Part shown: piece by piece, positions 9,252 to 19,367 of the stretch | Layout of the letters: each line of letters opens with the position of its first letter | Position numbering within the stretch: position 1 is the stretch's first letter | Source of the DNA: Thermoleophilia bacterium | GTDB lineage: Bacteria; Actinomycetota; Thermoleophilia; BMS3ABIN01 | Length of the DNA stretch: 59,221 nt | Direction of reading: 5' to 3' | Assembly (NCBI GenBank): GCA_014874175.1 | Contig: JACWAD010000048.1 | Span: 1 to 59,221 of the forward strand | Program-made: the position numbers and the translations under genes | The notes under the pieces: generated by a model | What the model saw: the letters and a program-made list of their open reading frames with translations, nothing else | Databases searched by the model: none | What the model was told of the DNA's origin: nothing

Positions 9252-9673
9252 TTCAACCTCCGCTTTTTTCGCCGCCGTTTCCACTCACGGGTGGTTTCCA
9301 CTACGGGTGTAATGTAGCATCGCCGGCGGACCGAAAAAATGGATTTCAACATTATCCCGGATCGATATATGGACAAAAATGTGCGTGGCATGGCAGGATA
9401 CAAACACAAATAAAAATTTGCACAACAAAACAGGCGCCGGGGGCACCCCTAATTTAAAATTACCAAACTGCTGCCGGTTTTTCATCAAACTTTAGTTTGA
9501 TTCTTTCCCAGAAAAAGTTGTAAATTGCCAGCTTTCGGTCCGCTGACCGATTTGGCGTCGCACCTAAATCTTGCTCTTCATTGTCGCCAATCCACCTGAC
9601 TGCTGCCCCTTCAATCCTAGTCAGCCAGGCCGGCGTCCTTGTTTTTGCATCTTCCCGGGTGGACAATTATTTT

Positions 9674-10144
9674 ATGTTCGCAAAGCTGCTGATATTGTTT
9701 ATCATCGTCCCGCTGCTGGAGCTGCTGACGATTATCGAGATCGGCTCGCGGATCGGCTACTTCTTCACGATCATGATGCTGATCGTCATCAGCTTCAGCG
9801 GCGCGGCGCTGGCCAAGCGGGAGGGGTACCGCGCCATCTCACAAATCCGGGCCGACTTAAATGCGGGCAGCATGCCGGCAGACGCGCTCATTGACGGGGC
9901 GCTTATCCTGGCTGCCGCAGCCCTCTTGATTACGCCCGGCTACATCACCGATGCCGCCGGGCTACTGCTGCTCTTGCCGCCGGCGCGCAGAGTCGTGAGG
10001 GCCTTCGCCAGGCGGCGGCTGGAAAAAGCGGCCCATGTCCGCAGCATCCGCTTCTGGTCAGGCCCTGCCCCGCGAGGAAACCCCGCGTACGGGCCGCCCT
10101 GTGCCCGAGAGCCCGAGCAGCGCCGCCGGGAACTGGAGGGCTAA
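9674..10144 (+). CDS. fxsA: FxsA-family cytoplasmic membrane protein
   Basis: MFAKLLILFIIVPLLELLTIIEIG...ITPGYITDAAGLLLLLPPARR parallels E. coli FxsA (LLLLPGFFTDFLGLLLLLPP). The start is taken at ATG 9674, not the upstream track start. Confidence 0.8.
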   Translation: MFAKLLILFIIVPLLELLTIIEIGSRIGYFFTIMMLIVISFSGAALAKREGYRAISQIRADLNAGSMPADALIDGALILAAAALLITPGYITDAAGLLLLLPPARRVVRAFARRRLEKAAHVRSIRFWSGPAPRGNPAYGPPCAREPEQRRRELEG

Positions 10145-10188
10145 CGCTGAGCCGGGCCCTGCTTTACGCCACCGTTTTTATCGGCGGC

Positions 10189-11566
10189 ATGACCACGATG
10201 GCGGTGGAGATGTCGGCCTCGCGCTTGCTGGCCCCTTATTTCGGCGACTCGCTTTTCATCTGGGCAAACCTGATCGGCCTTATCCTGATTTATCTTTCCG
10301 GCGGCTACTGGATTGGCGGCCGGATTGCTGACCGCTGGCCGCAGGCGCGGCTGCTTTACGCCTTGACCCTGAGCGCCTCTGCCGCGAATGCCATCGTTCC
10401 ATTTGTGGCCAAGCCGATCATGGGCGTGGCTATCCGGGGAGTGGAGCAGGTCTCCGCCGGCGCCTTCCTGGGATCATTTGGCGTCACCGTGCTGCTGTTC
10501 TCACTGCCGGTGACAATCCTGGGAACAGTGGCCCCGTTTGCCATCCGCCTCAGCATGAGGAAGGTCGAAAGCGCCGGCAATATCTCGGGGGGCCTTTACG
10601 CCCTCTCCACCATCGGCAGCATTCTTGGCACTTTCCTGCCCGTCTTCCTGCTCATCCCCTGGATCGGCACCCGCGACACAATGCTGGCCTTTGCCGCCGT
10701 CCTGGCGGGCATATCTGCCGTGGGGCTGGGCGCCGGGGCGCCGCTTTTGATCCTGGCGGCGCTGGCTCTGCCGCAGGGCGCGATCAAGCCATCAGCCGCC
10801 AGCATCTATGAAACCGAGTCGCCTTACCACTTCATCCAGGTGGTCCAGCAGCCTGACGGCAGCCGCGAGCTGATGCTCAACGAAGGCTGGGCAGTTCACT
10901 CCATCTACAAGCCCGGCCAGATTATGACCGGCGGTTACTGGGACTATTTTTCGCTGGCTCCCTGGTTCGGCGGCAGCCAGACGCCCCGCCGGGCGCTTTG
11001 CATCGGCAGCGCCGCCGGCACCGTTCCCGGCCAGCTGATCCATTTTTATCCAGATATTCACGTCGACGGGATAGAGATCGATCCCAAGGTCGTTGATATC
11101 GGGCGCAGGCTGTTCGGCATGAACGAGGCCAACCTCACAGTTTATATCGGCGATGGCCGCCCCTTTCTTATGACCACAAAAAATCATTATGATCTTATTG
11201 CCATTGATGCCTTCCGCCAGCCATACATTCCCTTCTACCTGACAACGCGCGAATTTTTTCAGGCCGCGTCCGGCCATCTGACGCCGCACGGAGATTGCCG
11301 CCACCATGAGGGATGATTTCCCAACTGTCTATTCATTTTCGGCCGGCGAGTTTAACCAGCTGGTGGTCGCTACGCGCAGCCCGTCGGTGTCGACGGAGAT
11401 GGAGAGCCGGCTGGCGCTGATGCCGCCTCCGGTTGCGTCACTGGCCCGCCAGATTGCCAGCCAGATCAAGCCGGTTCATCCAGGCGGCGAGATCCTCACC
11501 GACGACAAGGCGCCGGTGGAGTGGCTCACCGACCAGATGATCATCCATTACGCCACCGGGCAATAA
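10189..11566 (+). pseudogene. Fused polytopic-membrane / spermidine-synthase-like protein, reading frame broken near 11290
   Basis: The N-terminal part (10189-11316) ends ...FFQAASGHLTPHGDCRHHEG*. The C-terminal part resumes in another frame as (E)IAATMRDDFPTVYSFSAGEFNQLVVATRSP... (to 11566). The membrane domain also appears to begin upstream of 10189 (LSRALLYATVFIGG) with no canonical start codon there. Confidence 0.6.
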
Positions 11567-11666
11567 GAAAAATCTTGCACCAAAGAGACCAAGTTGTTAT
11601 ATTTCCTGTTAAAGAGCGCATATTTTATGAGGCGATGAAGCTCGCCTGAAACGTCCCCAGGGACTT

Positions 11667-13487
11667 ATGGCTTCTGCAGCTAACTGCGGGAGCTTTTTTA
11701 TTGTCATGCTGGAAAGATATTCAACACTGAAAAACAGGCTGGCGCGGGTTCCGGCCGGGCTCCTTGGCGCCGCCGAGGGCGAGGCGGCCATACAGACGCT
11801 GGACTCGCTGAGCCGCAAGATTGCCGAAAACGAATTCTCGCTGGTCGTCGCCGGGCAGTTCAAGCGGGGCAAGAGCACGTTCATCAACGCCATCCTGGGA
11901 GAAGACCTGCTGCCGACGGCCATCATTCCTCTCACCTCGATCATTACCGTGATCAGGTACGGCGAGGCCCTGCATGTGGAGGTCTTTTTTAACGACGGCT
12001 CCCGGCGAAAGATTGAAGCCCGCGACATGGCCTTTTACGTCACCGAAAAAAACAATCCCAAAAACGAGAAGGACGTAAAGCGCGTTGAAATTCATTATCC
12101 CTCGCCTTACCTGAAGCACGGCGTCCAGATCATTGACACTCCCGGCGTCGCCTCGGTGCACGGCCACAACACCGACACTACCTACCGTTACCTGCCCCAT
12201 GCTGATGCGGCCGTGTTCCTGGTCAGCGTCGACCCGCCGATCACGGAGGCGGAGTTAAAGTTCCTGGGCGACCTTAAGGGCTACGCCACCAGGATTTTCT
12301 TTGTGCTCAACAAGGTTGACATGGTCGGCGCTGTTGACCGGCAGGAGTCGCTGGAATTCACCAGGCAGGTGATAGAGAAGCAGGCGGGGCTCAAGAACGC
12401 CGAAATTTTCTCGCTGTCGGCCAGGCAGGCGCTGGAAGCGAAATCGGATGGGGGCGAGGCCGGCCTGAAGGAAAGCGGCCTGCCGGCCTTCGAGCAGATG
12501 CTGGACGACTTCCTGCTGGGCGAGCGGGGGCGGGTATTCCTCGTCTCCACGGCTGCGAAAATCAGAAACGTAGTATCGCAGGAGTCCTTTTCAGCCGAGC
12601 TTCTGCAAAAAAGCCTGGACGGGCCGCTTCAGGACCTGGAGGCCAAAATGCGCCAGTTCGATTCGGCGCTGGCCACTATCGAACAAGAGCGCCGTGACAG
12701 CAACCGCCTGCTGAGGGCGGAAGCAAACGAGCTGGCCGCCGGCGTGCTTGAAGAAGACCTAACGGAGCTGAAGATCAGGCAGACAGGCGCCGTAGCCGTT
12801 AATCTTGACGCCTATTACCAGGAGGTCAAAAAAGAGGGCAACCGCGCCCTGGCGCGGTTGTTTGACGACTATGTGCATGAGCGCATCCAGGAAATCTTCA
12901 CGGGTTTCCGGCTGGAGGAAGAAAAGAAGCTGGAGGAGATGCTGGCGCGTATTCTCGGCCGCCTGTTGGACCGCACCAACACCATCATCGGCCACCTGGT
13001 TGAGCTCTCCTCCCGCATCTTTGACCTAAGCATTGAGCCTTTCACAATTGACGAGTCACTGGCAGCCAAGTCTCATTTCCGGTTCAAGATCGATGAAGAT
13101 GTCAAGGTTTCGCTGGAGTCGATGACCGAATCGGCGACAATGCTGCTGCCCCGGCGGCTGGCCCACGGCCTTATCCTGAAGGAGGCAAAAGAGCGGATGG
13201 AAAAACAGATCGACCGCCACTGCGGCCGCCTCCGCCACGATTTCGTGGCCAGGATCGAGGGCACTATCAAGCAGTTCAGCAGCCGGCTTGACGAAACGGT
13301 AGGCAACACCCAGGACAGCATCCGCCAGGCCCTCGAGGCAGGCCGCCTGGCCAGGCAAAAAAGCGAGGCGGAGCTGCGGCAATTCGAAGAGCGGCTCGGG
13401 CAGCGGCTGGAGGCATTTGAGAGTGCCAGGCGGGAGCTTGCCGAGATCGAGAATATCATTGCAAAGGAGCCCGAAAAAATCACCTAG
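11667..13487 (+). CDS. Dynamin-family (bacterial dynamin-like) GTPase
   Basis: 606 aa. G1 is GQFKRGKST, G3 is DTPG and G4 is NKVD, followed by a long coiled-coil-like C-terminal half. An alternative start is ATG 11706 (MLERYSTL). Confidence 0.85.
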   Translation: MASAANCGSFFIVMLERYSTLKNRLARVPAGLLGAAEGEAAIQTLDSLSRKIAENEFSLVVAGQFKRGKSTFINAILGEDLLPTAIIPLTSIITVIRYGEALHVEVFFNDGSRRKIEARDMAFYVTEKNNPKNEKDVKRVEIHYPSPYLKHGVQIIDTPGVASVHGHNTDTTYRYLPHADAAVFLVSVDPPITEAELKFLGDLKGYATRIFFVLNKVDMVGAVDRQESLEFTRQVIEKQAGLKNAEIFSLSARQALEAKSDGGEAGLKESGLPAFEQMLDDFLLGERGRVFLVSTAAKIRNVVSQESFSAELLQKSLDGPLQDLEAKMRQFDSALATIEQERRDSNRLLRAEANELAAGVLEEDLTELKIRQTGAVAVNLDAYYQEVKKEGNRALARLFDDYVHERIQEIFTGFRLEEEKKLEEMLARILGRLLDRTNTIIGHLVELSSRIFDLSIEPFTIDESLAAKSHFRFKIDEDVKVSLESMTESATMLLPRRLAHGLILKEAKERMEKQIDRHCGRLRHDFVARIEGTIKQFSSRLDETVGNTQDSIRQALEAGRLARQKSEAELRQFEERLGQRLEAFESARRELAEIENIIAKEPEKIT

Positions 13488-13574
13488 TGCCTATCCCGGC
13501 AAGCACTTAACATAAAACGGGCTGAGGCCCTGGTGATGAAGCTCACCGAACGCGCCCCATCCACGGGCGCTAAT

Positions 13575-13610
13575 GGCTTCTTCTTGCTAACGCAGAAGAG
13601 GCCTTTTTTT
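13575..13610 (+). terminator. Rho-independent terminator after the dynamin-like gene
   Basis: GGCTTCTTCT (13575-84) pairs with AGAAGAGGCC (13594-603), with one G-U pair and a 9-nt loop. It is followed by TTTTTTT (13604-10). Confidence 0.75.
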
Positions 13611-13633
13611 GTCCGGATGATGAAAGGAAGAAT

Positions 13634-14785
13634 ATGTCCGTATTTCTGGCTGCAACCATCTTCTTTGGCCTGGTCTTTCTGGCCAGTCTGATCTCGGTCC
13701 GGTTTGGCATTGCCGCCGCTGTTTGCGAGATCACTTTTGGCGTAATCGCCGGGAATTTTTTCCAAGTGCCCAACAACCTTCCCTTCATTGCCTTTCTGGC
13801 TTCATTTGGCAGCATCTACCTCACTTTTCAGGCCGGCACCGAGGTGGACATTGACCTTTTTAAAAAGCATTTCAGGGAAGCATTGCTGCTCGGGGGAGCG
13901 GCGTTCTTCGTTCCCTTTGTTTTTGAGTTTGCGGCGGCTTACTGGCTGCTCGGCTGGACATTTGGCGCTTCCGATATTGCGGCGCTGGCCCTTTCAACCA
14001 CCTCGCTGGCCGTTGTCTACGCAGTGCTCGTAGAAACGGGCCTGTCCCGCACCGCCTTTGGCAAGCGCTTGATGGCGGCGACGTTTGTTGAGGACGCCCT
14101 GACGGCCATTTTTCTGACGCTGCTGTTTCTTCACTTTAACCTTTACTCCGCCCTTTTTGTTGCCGCATCGATTGCCGCCCTGATCGGGCTGCCCAGGATT
14201 TACCCCTGGCTCGTGGAGAGGTTTGGCAACAAGGTAGTGGAGCCCGAGCTGAAATTCCTTTTTCTTTGCCTGTTCCTGCTGGAATGGCTGGGCAGCGAGG
14301 GAAACAATCAGCCCGGCCTGCCCGCATTTTTTCTGGGACTGGTGCTTTCCCGCTTTCTGACCAAGCACAAGGCTCTGCGCAATAAAATGAGAACCGCCGC
14401 TTTCGCGATGGTGACTCCCTTCTTCTTTTTTCAGGGAGGGCTTAATGTAAACCTGAGGGAAGTCGAGGCGGCCCTGGCAGTCACCACCCTGTTTCTGACG
14501 ATCAAGTTTGTCACCAAGTTTGCCGGCGTCTTTCCGTTTGCCAAAAGGTACCACAAAGAAGACAGCGTGTTTACGACTCTCCTTATGAGCACCGGCCTCA
14601 CTTTTGGCACCATCTCTTCGCTGTACGGGCTCAATCAGCATATAATCAGCGCAACTCAGTTTTCGGTCCTGATCACTGTCGTGATCGTATCCGCCGTGCT
14701 GCCCACGATTACAGCGCTGAAATACTTTCCGCCGCAAAGCGAGGCAGCCAAGGATATAATTACAATCGGCGGCGAGGAAGGATAA
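13634..14785 (+). CDS. Cation:proton antiporter (CPA-type Na+/H+ exchanger family)
   Basis: 383 aa, polytopic throughout. The N-terminus LISVRFGIAAAVCEITFGVIAGNFF is typical of CPA transporters. AAAGGAAG sits upstream of the ATG. Confidence 0.82.
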   Translation: MSVFLAATIFFGLVFLASLISVRFGIAAAVCEITFGVIAGNFFQVPNNLPFIAFLASFGSIYLTFQAGTEVDIDLFKKHFREALLLGGAAFFVPFVFEFAAAYWLLGWTFGASDIAALALSTTSLAVVYAVLVETGLSRTAFGKRLMAATFVEDALTAIFLTLLFLHFNLYSALFVAASIAALIGLPRIYPWLVERFGNKVVEPELKFLFLCLFLLEWLGSEGNNQPGLPAFFLGLVLSRFLTKHKALRNKMRTAAFAMVTPFFFFQGGLNVNLREVEAALAVTTLFLTIKFVTKFAGVFPFAKRYHKEDSVFTTLLMSTGLTFGTISSLYGLNQHIISATQFSVLITVVIVSAVLPTITALKYFPPQSEAAKDIITIGGEEG

Positions 14786-14791
14786 AACGGC

Positions 14792-15490
14792 ATGCGCATT
14801 CTCGTTATCTCTGACATCCACGCCAACATCGACGCCCTCAGGGCCATTGATGAATCCTTCGACCGGGTCCTCTTCCTGGGCGACGTTGTTGACTACGGAC
14901 CTGATCCGGTGTCATGCATCGACTGGCTGCGGGAGCGCGGCGGCGCGCGCGTGCGCGGCAACCATGACAACGCCGTCGCCTTCCGGGTGGACTGCGGCTG
15001 CGGCCAGGCCTACCGGCACCTGTCAGTTTTGACGCGCAAGCTGATGTGGAAACTGCTGGACCAGGAGTTGCTGGACTGGACCGGCGCGGCCCAGACCAGC
15101 CTGGAGCTGTCAAGCGGCGGCCGCAGCGTCTTTGCCGTTCACGCCTCCCCCAGCGACCATCTCTTTAAATATGTGACGCCGGAGGTCAGCGATGAGAAGT
15201 TGGCCGAGGAAGGCAGTGTTGCCGGTGCTGATATCGTCCTGATGGGCCATACCCACAGGCCGTTCATCCGCGAGGCTGGCGGCCGGACGCTGGTGAACGT
15301 TGGCAGCGTCGGCCAGCCGCGCGACGGCATCGCCGCTGCCAGCTACGCCGTTCTGGATGATGGACGCGTTCAGCTAAAACGGGTGAAGTACGACATCGAG
15401 GCGGCGGTGGCCAAACTGCGGGCCCTGCCGCTGGAGAAAGGGGCGGTTGAGGAGCTTGTTTTTATACTGGAAAACGCGGGGATGCCGTAA
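14792..15490 (+). CDS. Metallophosphoesterase family protein
   Basis: MRILVISDIHAN, GDVVDYGP, RGNHD and GHTH make a calcineurin-like phosphoesterase motif set. Confidence 0.85.
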   Translation: MRILVISDIHANIDALRAIDESFDRVLFLGDVVDYGPDPVSCIDWLRERGGARVRGNHDNAVAFRVDCGCGQAYRHLSVLTRKLMWKLLDQELLDWTGAAQTSLELSSGGRSVFAVHASPSDHLFKYVTPEVSDEKLAEEGSVAGADIVLMGHTHRPFIREAGGRTLVNVGSVGQPRDGIAAASYAVLDDGRVQLKRVKYDIEAAVAKLRALPLEKGAVEELVFILENAGMP

Positions 15491-15514
15491 AAAGCGGATG
15501 GTGGATGGTAGACG
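15491..15514 (+). repeat. Post-stop-codon motif AAAGC-R-GATGGTGGATGGTA-R-ACG, copy B
   Basis: It reads TAA-AAAGCGGATGGTGGATGGTAGACG directly after the metallophosphoesterase stop. It matches 22 of 24 positions with the copy at 246-269 on the other strand, in the same orientation relative to its gene. Confidence 0.4.
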
Positions 15515-15729
15515 CGCCACTGCTTTATTCCCTAAGAACGGCGGTTTTTACCTTTGCCGCCATGTTTGTTCTGACCCTGGCAATTGGCTATGTCCTGGTT
15601 AATTATGTATTTGCCGGCAGCTCCTGACGCCTTTTTCGTAAAACAAATGCTGTCACTCCACACAAATTTGATCAAAAGGATACTTATGGATATGCTTCGA
15701 GGGCTTGCCCGGGGCATGATCAGGTAGCC

Positions 15730-16962
15730 TTGCGAGACCAGCACCAAAAGGAAACGGGCAACACGCCCGCGAGGACGGCAGGGCTGTTTGCCGGCATCAG
15801 CCGCAACGTTTTCATCCTGGGCGTCACCAGCTTCCTCACCGACCTCTCCAGCGAAGTCATCTACCCGCTGGTGCCGCTTTTCCTGACATCGGTGCTGGGG
15901 GCGCCGTTCCTGGTAGTGGGCCTGATCGAGGGCATCGCCGAGAGCACCGCCAGCACCCTGAAAGTGTTTTCCGGATGGCTGTCGGACCGGATGCGACGGC
16001 GCCGGCCCCTGATGATAATTGGTTACGGGATATCGGCGCTGTCCAAGCCGCTGCTGGCGGCAGCGAGCGCTTGGCCAATTGTCCTTGTGCTGCGCTTTGG
16101 CGACCGCCTGGGAAAAGGAATCCGAGGCGCCCCCCGCGATGCGCTCATCGCAGATTCCTGCGAGCCTGAATGCCGCGGGCGGGTATTCGGTTTCCATCGG
16201 GCCGCCGACACGGCCGGCGCTGCCCTGGGCGCGCTGCTGGCGCTGGCGGCGCTGGGGCTGCTCGGGGAAAGATATCGCACCATCTTTCTGCTGTCCGCAA
16301 TTCCCGCCGTTCTGGGCGTTGCCAGCCTGCTGCTGGTGCGCGAGCGGGTGCGGCCGCATCCTCAGCAGGAGCCGCCGCGGCTTTCCTTCTCACAGTTTGA
16401 CCACAAATTTAAGATGTTTCTGCTGGCGAGCGCCATCTTCGCCCTGGGCAACTCCAGCGACGCTTTCCTCATTCTCAGGGCCAAAAACCTGGGCCTGACC
16501 GCCTTTACCGCCGTTCTTGCCTACGTCATCTACAATCTGGTCTACGCCGTTTTTTCGATGCCGGCCGGCTCGTTGTCGGACCGCATCGGCCGCCGGCGCC
16601 TGATCGGCGCCGGCTTTGCCATCTTTGCCCTCGTCTACCTGGGCTTCGCCCTGGCAGGAAGCGCCTCCCTCATCTGGCCGCTGTTTGCAGTCTACGGACT
16701 TTACATGGCGCTAACGGAAGGGATCGGCAAGGCATTTGCGGCTGATATGGCGCCTGCCCACGCCCGCGGCACCGGCCTGGGAACCTATCAGACCGCCACC
16801 GGCCTGCTCACTTTTTTCTCCAGCCTGATAGCGGGTCTTTTATGGGACAACGTCGGTCCATCCGCACCTTTCCTGTTCGGGGCGGCGGCCGCTCTGGCCG
16901 CCGCCGGCATCATGCTGACCGCCTTCAGAACCGGAGCGCCGCCCCCCGGGAACCAAGGCTGA
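15730..16962 (+). CDS. MFS transporter
   Basis: 410 aa with about 12 hydrophobic segments and FILGVTSFLTDLSSEVIYPLVPLFL at the N-terminus. The TTG start is uncertain. Confidence 0.82.
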   Translation: MRDQHQKETGNTPARTAGLFAGISRNVFILGVTSFLTDLSSEVIYPLVPLFLTSVLGAPFLVVGLIEGIAESTASTLKVFSGWLSDRMRRRRPLMIIGYGISALSKPLLAAASAWPIVLVLRFGDRLGKGIRGAPRDALIADSCEPECRGRVFGFHRAADTAGAALGALLALAALGLLGERYRTIFLLSAIPAVLGVASLLLVRERVRPHPQQEPPRLSFSQFDHKFKMFLLASAIFALGNSSDAFLILRAKNLGLTAFTAVLAYVIYNLVYAVFSMPAGSLSDRIGRRRLIGAGFAIFALVYLGFALAGSASLIWPLFAVYGLYMALTEGIGKAFAADMAPAHARGTGLGTYQTATGLLTFFSSLIAGLLWDNVGPSAPFLFGAAAALAAAGIMLTAFRTGAPPPGNQG

Positions 16963-17343
16963 CTCTTGCCATTCCTGATTTCTCCCGGAACCCCATATTC
17001 TGAATCCAAACCTGCCAGCGCTGCTGCTTTGCCTGCCTCGGATTGGCGGAAAAATACAACTTTCTTTTTTGCAAATACAACCAAGGTTTGATGCAAAAAA
17101 AATCATATTCCTGATAGTATTAAATTTGGGGTTCCCCCTGGAGCCAAAAAGATTTGCGTCTCAATTTATTTGCAACAATAACCCCTTTGTGGACACCTCT
17201 GGCGCAATCCGCGCCGGCAGAAGTTCCCCAAACAGTCCGGTTTCGGCAGCTTGCGTTTCAACCTGCTCCTCCTTCAGCTGGCATGGGGCGGGGTATATAA
17301 TAAGAACGGCGCCGGGAAAAGGGGCCTGCCAAACAATCCTCCA

Positions 17344-17661
17344 ATGTCTATACAAAAACCTGACAGCAGTAAACGGGATACGCCCAAAGCCGCCGGCGAG
17401 ACCGGGAAGTTGGGTGTGCCCGTTACCGTTCACAGCTACTCCGGCTTTAAGGGCGAGGAAAGGCCGCGCGCATTCGAGCTGGAAGGGCGCCGCCTGACAG
17501 TGCTATCGGTCAAAAAGACCTGGCAGGAAGAAGCCGGGCAGGGCCGCCGGCGCAAGACCGTTTTCCGGGTGCACGCCCATGACGGTCGCAGTTACGACCT
17601 CGCCCGGGACGCCAACACCGGCGAGTGGACACTGGAGCCTTTTGCCCGGGACCGTGCCTGA
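17344..17661 (+). CDS. Hypothetical small protein (105 aa) translationally coupled to the GalT-like gene
   Basis: MSIQKPDSS...VHSYSGFKGEERPRAFELEGRRLTVLSV...FRVHAHDGRSYDLARDANTGEWTLEP. Its TGA (17659-61) overlaps the likely GTG start (17654) of the next gene. There is no clear SD and I recognise no family. Confidence 0.4.
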   Translation: MSIQKPDSSKRDTPKAAGETGKLGVPVTVHSYSGFKGEERPRAFELEGRRLTVLSVKKTWQEEAGQGRRRKTVFRVHAHDGRSYDLARDANTGEWTLEPFARDRA

Positions 17662-18673
17662 AAAGACGCAAGCCCAGCCGCCGGCGCCGGAGCTGAGGCG
17701 CGATCCTATCACGGGCGAATGGGTGATCCTGGCCGCGGGGCGCTCCGTCCGGCCGCATGCTCCCGGCGGCCGCGTTTCCGCTCCCGCCCCGGAGGAGCTG
17801 CTGGACCAGTGCCCGCTTTGCCCCGGCCGCGAGGAGCTGACTCCCCCTGAGATCTGCGCCGTGCGCGAGGGCGGGGGCAGGGATTGCCCCGGCTGGAGCG
17901 TCCGCACCCTGCCCAACAAGTTTCCCATTCTGGTAAGCGGCGCCCCTCACGCGGGCTCCGAGAAAATCGCTTCAAACGGCCGCCGCCCGGCCCTGGGAAG
18001 CAGCGAAGTAATTGTCGACACTCCCCTGCACAACAAGCCTCCCTGGGAAATCGGGGCGCCGCAGGTTAAAGAAATGCTTGAAATGTACCAGGAGCGCATC
18101 CGTGCTCTTAAGAATCAGAGCCGCACCAGCTACGTCCACATCATCCGCAATCACGGGCGTGGCGCGGCATCCTCGCTTGAGCATCCCCACTCGCAGCTGT
18201 TTGGCCTTCCTTTTGTGCCGCCGGATATCGACAGCGAGCTGGACGGATTTGCCGCTGCCAGTGCGGATAAGGCCGGCTGCATCCTTTGCCGGATGATCGG
18301 GGAGGTGGAAGAGAAAGGCGAGCTGGTGGTGATGGAAAGCGAAAGCTTTCTGGTTTTCTGCCCCTTTGCTTCCCGCCTACCCTATGAAGCCTGGATCGTT
18401 CCCCGCAGCCACCAGCCCGGATTTGAGGAATGTACTAAACTTGACGAGTTGGCAGATCTGTTTACTTCATTTATGTTGCGCCTGAAAAAGCGCCTGGATG
18501 ACCCTCCTTTCAATTATTGGATTCACACCTATCCGCTTAAGGACGAGTCACGGCCCTACCACTGGCACATTGAAGTATTGCCCCGCCTGACAACGCCGGG
18601 CGGGCTGGAGCTGGGAGCAGGGGTCTGGGTTAACATTGTCGCCCCCGAGCAGGCGGCCGCCGAGCTGCGCTAG
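17654..18673 (+). CDS. galT: Galactose-1-phosphate uridylyltransferase-like (HIT superfamily, GalT branch) nucleotidyltransferase
   Basis: It has RRDPITGEWVILA, the Zn-site CPLCPG and the active site HPHSQL. The start is set at GTG 17654; the ORF track extends upstream into the previous gene. Confidence 0.82.
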   Translation: MPEKTQAQPPAPELRRDPITGEWVILAAGRSVRPHAPGGRVSAPAPEELLDQCPLCPGREELTPPEICAVREGGGRDCPGWSVRTLPNKFPILVSGAPHAGSEKIASNGRRPALGSSEVIVDTPLHNKPPWEIGAPQVKEMLEMYQERIRALKNQSRTSYVHIIRNHGRGAASSLEHPHSQLFGLPFVPPDIDSELDGFAAASADKAGCILCRMIGEVEEKGELVVMESESFLVFCPFASRLPYEAWIVPRSHQPGFEECTKLDELADLFTSFMLRLKKRLDDPPFNYWIHTYPLKDESRPYHWHIEVLPRLTTPGGLELGAGVWVNIVAPEQAAAELR

Positions 18674-18803
18674 AAGCGCCGCGGCCCCCGGGCTCTGGAA
18701 CCTGTGTTTGGGCGGGGCGGAATCAAGGGACAATCCAGGCGAGTTAACTTTTGGAAAGCCCCCGGGAGATTTCTGCTATATTGGCTTGTCATGGAGGCGC
18801 CGG

Positions 18804-19367
18804 ATGACCGATAACGTTTTTGCCCAGCTTCGCCAGGTGGGAGAGGACCTGGTCGGGCAGGGGCTTACCACTTCCCATGGCGGCAACATCAGCGTCAGGC
18901 ATCAGGGCCGCATTTTAATTACAACCCACTTTGCCATGCTCGGCCGCCTCTCGCCCGGCGACGTGATCGAGATCCCGCTGAGGGAAGAGCCGGACCGGAT
19001 CGCCAGCGACGCCTCCCGCGACGCGGCATTGCACCAGCTGATCTACAAGTTCACGCCCGCGATGGCGGTCATCCATGCCCATCCCGTCCACGCAGTTTCC
19101 ATATCGCTTAAAAATGATATTATCTCGCCACTGGATCTGGAAGGCTCCGTCTTCCTGCGCGACATTTCCGTCGTCGAGCCGGAAGATGCCGCCGTCCGCC
19201 TGCCGCAACTGCTGCAGACGCGGGTGGCGGCCCTCGTGCGAAGCCACGGCAGCTACACGGTGGGGCGGGGACTCAGCGAAGCGCTGGCTTACGTCTCCGC
19301 ACTTGAGTTTTCCTGCCGGGTTGCCATTCTTAACGGCGGCCGGCCGGCAAAGGAGGTGCATCTATGA
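18804..19367 (+). CDS. Class II aldolase / adducin N-terminal domain family protein
   Basis: 187 aa. It has TSHGGNISVR, metal ligands in VIHAHPVHAV and VRSHGSYTVG. The start is ATG 18804, and the stop overlaps the selD ATG (ATGA). Confidence 0.85.
   Translation: MTDNVFAQLRQVGEDLVGQGLTTSHGGNISVRHQGRILITTHFAMLGRLSPGDVIEIPLREEPDRIASDASRDAALHQLIYKFTPAMAVIHAHPVHAVSISLKNDIISPLDLEGSVFLRDISVVEPEDAAVRLPQLLQTRVAALVRSHGSYTVGRGLSEALAYVSALEFSCRVAILNGGRPAKEVHL

Noticed and set aside
9460-9666. 68-aa minus-strand ORF (MSTREDAKTRTPAWLTRIEG...) in the AT-richer ABC-ATPase/fxsA divergent spacer
   Set aside because: It has a TTG start with no SD. Its third-position GC is about 50%, against a clearly higher value in real genes here. 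I recognise no family. The region is more likely promoter DNA.
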